Shown here: positions 45,785 through 57,850 of the stretch, piece by piece
How the letters are laid out: every line of letters begins with the position of its first letter
How positions within the stretch are numbered: position 1 is the stretch's first letter
NCBI GenBank assembly: GCA_043228905.1
Contig: JBHGNT010000009.1
Span: forward strand, 7,812,001 to 7,876,000
Direction of reading: 5' to 3'
Origin: Azolla caroliniana
Lineage: Eukaryota; Plantae; Polypodiophyta
Length of the DNA stretch: 64,000 nt
Notes under the pieces: generated by a model
Database searches by the model: none
What the model saw: only the letters and a program-made list of their open reading frames with translations
What the model was told of the DNA's origin: nothing
Program-made: the position numbers and the translations under genes

Positions 45785-48052
45785 AATGGTGGGAGTAGGA
45801 CTTTTACCCCAACATTCTCTCCATTCGAGCTATCAATGGGTAAAGAAGTAGTCTTGTCACATACTACTAACAAGACACATGCAAGAGAGCTCGATGTATC
45901 CAAGTTTTTAGATGAATAGAATGAGAGAATGCAAGTACTCACACTTATAACTCATATCACACAACAAGATTTGCACCTTCATGAACTAGAAAAGTGGAAA
46001 ACATCAGATGCACAACCACATGCCAACATACCCATTTGACTCCCACAAACCTTATTATCAACAATGTCCCCAAATCCATCTGTTTTGGTTCATAACCTCC
46101 TATGGTCCCTCTCAACATTTCACACATTTTTCGTAGTTAATCATGACATTGGAAACCACCATCCACTCTAAACATACAAAAGATATCATAAAACACACTC
46201 TTTCTTCCACTTAATACCATGGTCGTCAACATAAAACACATTATATTCCACATTCCATTATCATCATCACGAATCAAATAATTTCAAACACACTTAATTT
46301 CTTTGCACCCTCATCATCGTCATAAAAGACATCATATACCACATCCTAATGATGAAAACCATTCTCACACGTAATTTTATCTTTTTCAAAGTTCAAATCA
46401 TTCTCCAAAGTACCAACCAATACTTTTGTCGATTTCATCAACAAGGATATCTTAATATAATTCAACATCATTGTTTCAAATTGTATCATAATCAAAGACA
46501 CTCGCACATCATTATCATATACATTCACATCATCATAAGAGCATCACCGACCATCTTTCCTTTTTTTCTCTCATTTCTTTTTTCCAAATGATGGCTCATT
46601 CCAAACTAACGTTATATAAGCTTACCCATAGTGCTAGCTAGGAAGATCTCCTAGTCCATCCATGGGGTTTTGATGCCTTCTCTTGTCTTCTTGGAATAAA
46701 ATTGTTAGAGACATAGTGCCTTTGATGTGAAAGAAAGGCATATAAATGTGTAGGAACCCGAAAGAAAAGCAATTTTGCAACAAAGTGACTTTGGGCTCTA
46801 TGTGGGACCTAGAGTCATCCATTTGTTTTCACTGAATCATACTTAGAACTTGTAAATTTTCTATCTATATACATTTTCATGTGTGTCGGTACCAAAAAAT
46901 AAATCAATTCCCAAAAAGTGTGAGTTTGGGCTCTACATTTCTCAATTCCTTTTTCTATTCCCTTCTTGAAGCTATGAAGAGGTGACCGATCTATATATTG
47001 TAGGAATGATGTGTGTGGGGCCTAAAGTTGTCCATTTCTAGAATTTCTTTTCATTTCTCACTCAAGTCTAGAACATATAGTTTCAAGAATGTAGAAACAA
47101 AATGAACAACTTTGGGCCATACATCGATTCTAGATCAACTTTTGTTTTCTGATTAGTTCTAAATCTTATGGATTTGGTAGGAGTATTTAGTTTCAAGAGT
47201 GTCGCCTTGGTCCTAAATAGTTTTCCTTTGTTGGTCCAAGGCTAAAACTTGTGCATCGTTATCCCCATACATTTAGATGTGTGCTTGAACTAAAATAGAA
47301 AACCTAGAACATAAGAAATTGAAACGTAAATGACACAATTAAGAGTGTAAACAAAATGTGACAAAAATTGTCAATGGAAATCGTGTCTTTTGATATAATA
47401 GGTTCTTAATTACAATTTTTTTTGCAATGTGACCAATCTACACACTACTCTTCATGGAAGCACTTCACATCTTCCGTTAATTATCGTATGTAAAGTTTTT
47501 CAAGCATCAAATTAGGCTAACTTTTACCAATCCTTGATTAGACTTGTTTCTTGTAGAGTCTTGGAAGCCAATCCTCCGTGGAATATTAGAAGTCCCAAAG
47601 ATACCTTGATTAGTATTGGCTTATTACTTTCTTCTATATGATGGACAATCATAGGAAATTTGGCATTGCTTGAATCCCATCAAGCAAAACATGATAGCAT
47701 AACACAAAATTGGTGTGGATAACTACCATGCCCTTAGGTGGAATCATTTCTATATAATGAACAAGGGAATGTTGTAATCTCCAATTATTTCTACATTCAT
47801 AAACATGATGCTATTGATAAATTATTATTTAATTTGTTAAATGAATGAAAATACAAAACCTAGTGATTCCCTACTGGTAAAGGAATTGTGCTTCATCAAT
47901 GTACTCCTTTTCAATTAGTTAAAGTGTTAATGAAAGCTTGTCCCTCTTGATGGGGGAGACGGTTGAAAAGCTGAAATCGGCCGAGAGGCCGAACGAGGGT
48001 CAGTTGGCCGAAATCGACCGAGACACCGAATGGAGTCGGCTGAATGGTCGAA

Positions 48053-48060
48053 TACATATA

Positions 48061-48122
<62 letters not shown>

Positions 48123-48160
48123 TGTATGTATGTATATATATATATATATCTATGTATATC
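48053..48160. repeat. Inverted microsatellite (TACA)n-(TGTA)n-(TA)n in the LTR
   Basis: Direct reading of the sequence. Confidence 0.9.
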
Positions 48161-51100
48161 TAGTTGTTAGATTATCGATGAATATTATTACCTGAGTGCG
48201 AGAGAGAAGAATATACACAGAGAGTGCACACAGTCGTGCGCGTGTGAGAAGCGCAAGAGAAGAACAATGAGTAAGCGGGAGAGAAGAGTGTGAAGCAAAG
48301 AACTAAAAGAGAGTGAGAGTGAAACAAAGAAGAACAAAGAAAGAGAGTGAAGCAAGGAAGAACAAAGGAAGAGAGGGAGACAAAGCAAAACAGTAAAGAT
48401 AAGAAGCAAAGAGGTTTTCTGGTGGACAAGGTTGAAACCCTAATCAAGGTTTCAGACAACGACATGGTGCACACCATATCCCAAAACAAGTTTTGTCATT
48501 TCATATTGTTGTTGTGTGAGCTTTATCCTCTTTGTAGTGTTCCTGGTGCCTTGTATTCCTATTGCAAGCTAGAGAGACTTGCAATCATTTCTGTATATTG
48601 TTGGTTCATAGTGAAATTTGGTGATCGGTGAGCACTTGTGGGTTTTTCCTTGATTTGGGTTTTTCCACATAAATCGTGTGTCGTTTATTTTCTGCTCTAC
48701 ATTTCAAAATATCTCTTGTTTATCTCTGAGTGTGATCATATCAAACTGGTATCAGAGCACTAGGTCCTAGATAGAAGGAAGTATGAGTGGATTTCCATGG
48801 ATGATAGTTTTGAACTCCCATAACTATGTTGATTGGAAGATCAAGATGGAGGATCTTCTAATAGTGAAAGACTTGTATGAGCCGATAGATAGGAAGGATA
48901 TACCAATAGGGGTGATAGAATCTAAATGGAAAACTCTAAATACAAAAGGCAGTGGCAACCATAGGACAATAGCATCCTACAACATGTAGCAAGTGATACA
49001 AATGCCTACAAGTTGTGACATAAACTCTTTGCCCTGTATGAAAGGAAAAATGCCCTAAATAAAACTTTCCTAATGAGAAAAATAGTGAAGCTAAAGTATA
49101 TAGATGGTGAGAGCATCGTAGTGCACATCAGTCCTTTCATGGGACTAGTAAACCAGTTAACATCAATGAAGTTCCCATTAGACGATGCTATGCAGGCCCT
49201 GTTACTACTATGTACTCTACCAGATAGTTGGGAGAACCTAGTATTGTCACTTAGTGCCTCTTGTGAAGAAGAGAATTTGTCTTTACAAGTAGTGAAAACA
49301 AGCATTCTGAAGAAGAGACAAGAAGAAAGGATAAAAGTGCATTGTCTCAATCAAAAGCTAATGTCACACAAGAACTTAGTAGAGGAAGAAGCAAACACCG
49401 AAGTCTTGAAAATAGAGATAAGTCTTATGCTAGGTCGAAATCTAGAGGAAGACCTAGATGCTTCTATTGTGGGAAGCCTAGTCATAACCAAAAGAATTGT
49501 CGACACCTTAGGAAGGACAAAGGCATGGCTGATGAGGTCGAACCCAGAAAAATTTCTGATGACAAAAACACCTTAGCCATTGCAACCAGTGAGGAAGAGA
49601 TGTTATTTATTTGTGAACAAGCCAATGTGAACCTTGCAAATGCTAAGTGCTCTTGGGTAGTTGACTCTGGTGCATCGTTCCACCTAACTCCTAAAAGAGA
49701 ATGTTTCTCATCTTACACAGTCGGTGACTATGGCTATGTAAGGATGGGAAATGACGGTGAATGCAAGATATTGGGCATAGGAAATGTGTGCTTGTTAATA
49801 TCTACTGGTTGGACAATGAAGGCTACAGCGGGGGGTTTCATAATGATGCATGGAATTTTTGTAAAGGGAGCCTGATTGTGGCTCAAGCTCGAAATCAGAA
49901 CATATTGTATGTAGTGCATGCAAGATTATGTTGAGATGAAGCAAATGTGTTGGCTAACTCAGATGGTGAGTTGTGGCATAAAAGACTCGCCCACATGAGC
50001 AAAAGGGGAATGCATATCCTTGCTGAAAAGGATGTCCTACCAGAAGTGAAAGGAATACATCTTGAAAAATGTGTAGACTGTTTGGCTGGAAAGCAGAACA
50101 GAGTTGCCTTTCACTCTAGCCTCTGATGAGAAGAGAACGTGCCCTGGAACTGGTCCACACAGATGTATGTTATGTGGATGCTCCATCACGCCGTGGTGGA
50201 CAATATTTCGTTACATTTATTGATAACTTCAGCAGAATGGTGTGAGCTTTCGTGTTGGTGTCTAAAGATAAAGTGTTGTTAGTCTTTAAAGAATTTCATA
50301 CAAGGGCAGAAAGAGAATCTGGACAGGACTTAAAAGTTGTCCGAATAGACAACGGTGGTGAGTACAGTGGCCAATTTGAGCTATATTTTTAGACTCAAGG
50401 CATCAAACTTGAGTATACAATGCCGAAGACACCTGAGTTGAATGGTCGAGTAGAGAGAATGAATCGGAGCATAATGGAAAGGGTAAGAAGCATGTTGTCG
50501 CATGCAAAATTGCCGAGGTCGTATTGGGCTGTTGTCTACCTTATAAACAAGTCTCCCTCAGTGCCTCTTAAAGGGGGATGTCCCACAGAGGGTGTGGACA
50601 GGAAGGAGTGTGTCTTACTAGCATTTTAGGGTGTTCGGATGCTTAGCTTATATGCATGTTGCTAAAGATCAGAGGTCAAAGTTGGAAAACAAGTCCAAGC
50701 CTCGCATATTCTTGGAGTACTCGGAAGATGAGTTCGAGTATAGGATGTGGGATCGTCTTGGTAAGAAGGTGGTAAGGAGTCGTGATGTTGTATTCATGGA
50801 AGACAAGACGATTGAAGACTGGAGACAGCAAAAACCAGTGTCGTCTTCCCAGTTGACTACTGTTACGGAGTCGACACTAGTTGATCCCCCTTCCACACAA
50901 CCAGTCGACAGACAAGAGCCAGCTGATGAAGCCGAATCTGAGTCGGCTGACACACAACAACAGGCTGATGCACATAAATCTGAGTCAGAAGATGAGCTGG
51001 CAAACGAAACCGAATCCGAGCCGGTTGCTGAAGGAAGAAGATATCCTCTAAGACAAAGGATGGTCTCTTCTCAGTATCCAACCAGTCAATATGTTCTCTT

Positions 51101-52622
51101 GATTGATGAAGGGGAACCAAAATGGTATGAAGAAGCCATGATCGATGTACACAAGGAGAAGTGGTACAATGCCATGCAAGAGGAAATGGATACCTTGCAT
51201 GAAAACCACACCTATGAGCTAATGGAGCTACTTGATGGAAAGAAGGCACTTAGAAACAAATAGATCTACAAACTAAAGACTGGAGAAGACAGAAGTACAC
51301 CTAGGTATAAGGCTCGTATTGTAGTGAAGGGCTTTCAACAGAAAAAAGGTGTTGATTTTGATGAGATTTTTGCTCCACAACTCAAGATGACTTCCATCCG
51401 AACTGTTTTGGGTATGGCTTCTAGTACGAACTTGGAAATTGAACAGTTAGATGTAAAAACAATATTTCTGCATGGTGAGTTAGAAGAGGAAATTTATATG
51501 CAACAGCTAGAGGGCTTTGAGGTGAAAGGAAAATAGAATCTTGTATGTAGATTGAGGAAGAGCTTGTATGGATTGAAGCAAGCCCCTCGACAATGGTATA
51601 AAATGTTTGAATCTTTCATGTTAAATCACGGGTTCCACAAAACACAAGCTAATCATTGTGTATTTGTGAAAAGGTATGATGAAGGTGATATTCTGATCCT
51701 TTTTCTGTATGTAGATTGTATGTTAATTGTTGGTCAGAATGCTAAGAAGATTGCTAGCTTGAAGAAGACTTTACACAAATCCTTTGCCATGAAAGATTTA
51801 GGTCCGACAAAACATATTTTGGGAATGCATATAGTCCAGGACAGGGCTAAAAACATGTTGTGGCTGTCACAAGAGAAATATGTGACAAAAGTTTTGCAAA
51901 GGTTTCACATGGACAATGCAAAATCTATTGGATCTCCATTGCTGGTATTTTGTAAACTCTAAGCTAAATTCAAGTCAATGTCCTAAAAATGAGGAAGATA
52001 AGGCTGAGATGAGACGGGTGTTGTATGCCTCGACTGTTAGGAGCCTAATATATGCCATGGTTTGCACGAGGTCGGACATTGCATTTGTTGTTGGAACAGT
52101 CAGCCGTTACATGAGTAATCCTGGAAAGGAGCATTGGGTAGTCGTGAAATGGATACTTAGATATCTAAAAGGTACTCCGGGTGTGTGCCTTAGATATGGC
52201 TCCGGGAAACCTATGCTTGAAGGTTTCACAGATTCTGATATGGCAGGTGACGTGGATTTTGTGCGGAAATAACGGTCGGCCACAACCGAGTCTTCAACAA
52301 GGAATAGAAGAGAACAAATGAAAACAGAGATGACATAGGATGTTAACGTGGAAAACCCTAAATGTGAAAAACCACGGGAGCCCACAGACTCCAACTATCA
52401 CTATGAGGGGAGGTATACGATGTGAGAAAGAAAGAAAGAAAGAAAGATATATTAACGTCTTCTAAGGCCAAATTTGGCCCATGAGACAAATAGGTTACAA
52501 CAAAAAATGAGTGTTTATCCAATCATCAAAACTAAAAATAAAAGAAAATAGCTTAAGCTAAGAAAGTTCTAGTAGTGTACAAAACTTTGCACCAAGCCTA
52601 ATCTCATTTCCACCCAAGTCTC

Positions 52623-55600
52623 TCAAAAAGAAGTGAGGTCAAAAGTTTTTGGTGTGGGTGTGACCCATGGTCCCGATGCACAGAGTGCCCTAGCCATGGC
52701 TTCTAGGCGGTGTAGTTCACGTTCCCTTATTTTCTTTATTGCTTCTACATCTCGTCGAGTTGCTTTGAAACCCGGCATCCGAGGGCGTTTGGTTCTTCTT
52801 TGATTTTCTGCTTCATCAAGGAGAAGTCTGAGTGGTGTAGGTGTGTCGACATTCATGGTCTCCCCCTGTTCCTAAAAAACTTCATTTGTTATATGTTGGT
52901 AAACATTAGCAACATTATTATCAACGTTTTGTAATTTGTTCTCTCTGTGGTGTTTCAATTCTAAGATGTATCTACCTAATTTCTTTATATCTAGTGTATC
53001 TAATAGTTTAGGGAGGGTGGGAGAGGAACCAAGTATGTCTTGGTATTTTGCCCTTATCTCGGCATAGGTGGGGCATTTGCATGTAAAATGGTACTCATCC
53101 TCTATCTCTATGTGGCATAACCTACATATCCTTTCCTCCCTAGGGACTCCATTAGTATGTCCATTCTCAATCTCAAGTTGGTGAGATGATATTCTAAGTT
53201 GACCAATGGCAACCCTTAGTGCATGTGGTAAGAATACATCTAGATATTTTGGGCGCGTGATAAAACCTAACTCAGAGAAGTGCATAAAAGTGTTCCTTAT
53301 AGTACAACATTTTAGATGGGAGTGGCTCTAGTGGGGTGATCCATTTATACTGGGTATAAATTTGCCATATTTCTTGGCGTATTACTTTATTACGGTCCTC
53401 ATGAGAGAGTAAAGTGTTATCATTCGTGTGGTCGTACTTAAGGGGGGGGAGGTTAGTAATGTCTAGACCGTTGGCAAGAAGCCAACTCACCATCGTGCCA
53501 TACCATGAGCTAGTATAGCCGGACTCATACAATGCTCGAGAAGCCTTAAAGGCTTGGTGGGATATTCTATCAAGTGGTTGGTTATGTATCCTGTGTATAA
53601 AGACTACCAGTTGAAAAAGTGCTTCTACTAACATAGGGGGTAGAGTGAACTCAGCCCTAATAATGTCATGTGGGACCGACGATTTGCTTCGGAGTTGGCG
53701 TGATAACATCATCACCAATGGTCTCTCTAATTGCGTCCACATGAAAGATGGTAGTCCTGGGGCCCAAATCGCTGATGCATACATGAGAGAGGGAGCCACT
53801 AATGAGTCAAAGAGCCACCCTTTAGTTCGTGGCTCTTGGAAGTATGCTTGGTGGCATTGTCTCTCGAGGAGTGAGAGGGATGCATGTCCTCTTGTAAGTC
53901 TATCCTTCGCTGCTTGTGTCATCGAAAATTTACCTGAGCGGGCACTGAAAGTGACTCCGAGATAGACATATGATCCAACCACCTCAACTGGGCTATGGGA
54001 GATAGTTAGGTGACACTTAGCTCTAACTTGGGCCGACGTGTGGAAGATAAGGACTTTAGTTTTCCCTAGATTCACTACCAATCCTCGTTGTGTGCAAAAG
54101 TCATCTAAGGCATTAAGGTGCCTTTGTAGGTCGTGTTCGGATTCAGAGAGCAAAACTATGTCATCTGCATAGAGCAAGATACGCACATGCGTATCTCCAA
54201 GGACTACTCCATTGCCTCCCTTACGAGCAATAAAATTTGTGATCTCATCAATGTAGATCCCAAAAAGAGTCAGAGATAAGGGGCAACCTTGTTTTACACC
54301 AATAGTGCTAGTGAAACTATCGGATATGCCGCCTGGGCATCGAACACACCCGGACACTTGTTCATATAGTGCGTAGATGGCCCAAACCATGTCATCTGGT
54401 ATCCTCAAGCTCTTAAGCCTATCAAACAACCGCTCTCTAGGGACCGTGTCAAAGGCTTTGCGGAAGTCCACAAAACAACAATATAGTTTCTTCTTGCGAA
54501 CCTTAGTCTGGTCAATTAAGCATCTAAGTGTGAAGATATGGTCAATAGTGGAGAAGGCTCGTCTAAAGCCGGCCTGTTCAGGTGCACGAAGATTTAAGGT
54601 CTCCATATACTCGCTAAGCTCTGCCTCCATTACTGCACCATATAATTTAGCAAGGGTATGACCTATCATAATGGTCCTATAAGTATTTGGGTCCATGGGG
54701 TCCCCCCCCTTATGTATGGGGGCCACTGTGTTCATGGTCCATTGTGATGGAAAACCCTCTGCAAGGGCACGATTGAAGATTAGAGTTAGTAAGGGAGCTA
54801 GGCACTCTCTCGCGTATATGATGTGTTCTGCTCGCAATCCTGTGTGGTCCATGGACTTCCTATGTTGTAATTTCTTTATGACCTTCATGACCCTAGAGGT
54901 CGTGAAGAGTGTCCCCACAGTAGGTCAGGGTGTGGAAGGCATTGGAATGGGTGGTTGGTTTGGGATGTGGTAAAGTCTCTCTGTATAAGTGTGCCAAGTT
55001 TCGGGATCTTCGATGGGTGTTTGTGGTCTTGGTTCCCGTAATCTCTTCCATGCAGTGGCACAGTCGTTACTCATGAGCATGTGGTAGAGTTCCCAATATT
55101 GGGATGCCTCCCATGCTCGTCTCTTACGACGTGTCATCTTGCGCATTTCTTTACGAGCTTGTACTGAGGTAATACTACCACTGAGTTGCGATATTGTAAG
55201 TTGTCGATGTAAGCACCTACAATCCTCATCATACCATCTATTTTGTGGCATAGATCCTACTTTACCTTGATTGGAGTGTTTCGTGTATGGGAAGCTGCTA
55301 ACTGCTGCAGAATGAAGGATGTGTGTGAGTTTCGTATTAAGGCTCTCTAAAGGTAGGGAGGGATCAAGGGAGGAGAGATGGGCTTGAACATGTCGAGCAT
55401 ATATGTCAGAGAGCTCATGTGTGAAATGTATTGTGATGTCATGGCGTGGTTGACTAGAGTTGGTGACGTTAGAGATATCGCAGTTTATCTCGAAGTATAA
55501 GAAACTATGGTCCGTGCCAATAGGACATGGGGCCACTCGGAAGGAGTTAATCATGTGGGTGGCTTCAGGGCGTCCTATTAGATAATCGACTGTGCTTTCC

Positions 55601-56346
55601 CCTCCTCCATGTGGGAAACATGTGAGCTCTTCCGAACCTGGCCACTTGGCTAAACCATTATATATGACCATCTGGTGCCGACTACCGAGTTCGAGCAAAT
55701 GATGGCCAAAGCTCGTGGCGTCTGCACCTTGATCCTTTGATCTACGTGTGGTGTCTATGTCTGAAGGATCGACATTTACCATTTCTAGGTTTCTATTCAT
55801 TTGAAATATTGTGCATTGTCGGGATTGGGTTCTCGCATTAAAGTCTCCTACAAGGAATACTTTGCCTTGGGAAGAATATCGGATTATGTCATCCGATAGA
55901 GGTTCATATGGGGAAGGCCCATGTGGCACTCCGTCATCAACTAATCTCGCCTCGCCAGCCAGATTATAACGAGAGCCTTTTGGGGGGAAGTAACAAATGG
56001 CGAAAATTACTGCCTTGTCCTTGCTTGTGGAGACTTTCACCCACATAAAACGAGCTTCTGGGTCTGTGGTCAGTATTTCTATCCTATTATGTAGCTCCCT
56101 CCGAAACAATATTGCGACACCTCCAGATCCCCTGGTAGTGCATCGACGTGAGGTTTGTCTAAAAGCTGACTCCCAACGAAATCCTTCGACTCGTGGGAGT
56201 CCCCTATTTGGGCTTTGGTGTGTTTCTACTAGGCAAACTATATCTGATTCCTTTAATATCCCCTCTAGGCGGCCGGGGTGTGTCCAGAGTGCGCCGTTAC
56301 AATTCCATAAGGTCATCCTAAGTGTGTTTTCTGTCACATGGGCCAC
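52623..56346 (-). pseudogene. LINE ORF2 (APE-RT-CCHC + C-terminal extension)
   Basis: TGA at 54925, 1-nt frameshift at ~53287 and TAG at 52872. Fragments otherwise join in frame. Confidence 0.85.
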
Positions 56347-56352
56347 ACGCCG

Positions 56353-57159
56353 TCAATTAGTAGTGCGATCATTTATGATCACTCGCCCATCTCGATAAAA
56401 GGTGCGATGCCCGTCTTTGCGAGCTTGCATAACCTTTGGCATACAACTCTTGCGATGCTCAATTTGCATCTTGGTGAGGTCTTCATCGAGATAGATAGGG
56501 TCCCCACCCAATCCTCGAAGAATTGGTCTCTTCTTAAAGAAAGTGATTCTAGAGTCTAAGTCTTTAAATTGAAGAACTAAGGCTCTCTTCCTAGTTGTGT
56601 CGCGTCCGGCCCTCCAAGCTTTGGTGATAGGTAGGGTCGTTGTGTACCCTAACATTTTCCCGAGTGTTTGTGCATCCTCGTCCGGGGATGCACCTTCCTT
56701 GAGCCTAGTGACACGCACATTTAGGCGTCGGGCCTAACGCATTTTCTCCTCTTCGAGGGTGGTATTAACAATATTTTCATCCTTTATTTCTTTTTTAATG
56801 TTTCTTTTAACGACATCTACCCAACCCGTTTTTGCTAACTCTATGTTATTTTTAACCTCCTCTTTAACTTTTTTGATCTCATCTTTTATATCCTCTATGG
56901 AGGATATTTCACCGTCCTCTCGGGATACCTTGATGTCATTAAGTTGTTGTTTGAGGTTTGTGTTTTCCTCTTTAAGTTTTTCTATTTCGGCCTTGAGGGT
57001 GTCTTTTTCCTCTCTATCTTTTTTCTTGTGGGTTTCGGCGTCTTTCACCCATTTTTTCATATCCGTCTCTATTTTTGTTAAACGGTTAAACATATCCAAA
57101 AAGTCCTCCTTACTTATAGCCTCGTCTTGTGTATCCTTGTGTTCCTTTCGTTCAGACAT
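56353..57159 (-). pseudogene. LINE ORF1 (one premature TAG)
   Basis: MSERKEHK.. coiled coil, then RRLNVRV.., IYLDEDLT. TAG at 56734-56736. Confidence 0.8.
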
Positions 57160-57611
57160 TGTAGTGTCAATAAGAAAAGAAAAAAAAAGGATAAAATAAA
57201 TGGGTTCGAGACTTAGCCGAGTTTGTGTTATGTCGTAGTCACATTGGCATTTCGCACACGATGAGCACGCTAAAAGAACAAGGATGCGCCGCCAAGAGAA
57301 GAAACGCGACACTCGGCAACCTCAAGAAACAAGGTGGAGAAGAGCACGGCAACGGCGACGGCGACTACAACGAATGATGACGAACTGCAGCAGGTCGTCC
57401 AGCACGCCGACGGCAGCAGACGGCGACGGACATCAGAGGCGGCAGCGCGGCAACAGACGACAGCAGCGCACGATGGGGGGGGACTGCAGCTCGGTAGCAG
57501 GCGGCGACAGATGTCGCAGACGGCAGCGACGACAGCGTGGCGCACGACCGTTGCTGCTGGCGCACGACCGTTGCAGAGAGAGAGAGAGCGACCGTTTCAG
57601 AGAGAGAGATG

Positions 57612-57650
<39 letters not shown>

Positions 57651-57818
57651 GTGATAGGTAGGGTCGTTGTGTACCCTAACATTTTCCCGAGTGTTTGTGC
57701 ATCCTCGTCCGGGGATGCACCTTCCTTGAGCCCAGTGACACACACATTTAGGCGTCGGGCCTGACGCAACCTCAAGATCTATGTCTTCGCCAAACTGGCG
57801 GTTACAACAGAAAACTAG

Positions 57819-57850
<32 letters not shown>

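Larger units (their letters stand above)
52428..57768 (-). mobile_element. Near full-length non-LTR retrotransposon (RTEX-like LINE)
   Basis: ORF1 (coiled coil + RRM-like), APE (WNCNG, ETH, GDFNAR, DH), RT (QGCPLS, YADD), RxSSHxLxIExG and CRLC..EDEYHF..C finger. (CTTT)n 3' tail and a (TC)n/GC-rich 5' UTR. Confidence 0.88.

Noticed and set aside
45790-47920. Possible host gene in the AT-rich interval
   Set aside because: Only short ORFs with no domain motifs or convincing exon structure.
57270-57661. GC-rich overlapping ORFs (57270-57545, 57284-57661, 57334-57612)
   Set aside because: Low-complexity LINE 5' UTR and (GA)n repeats leave frames open by chance.
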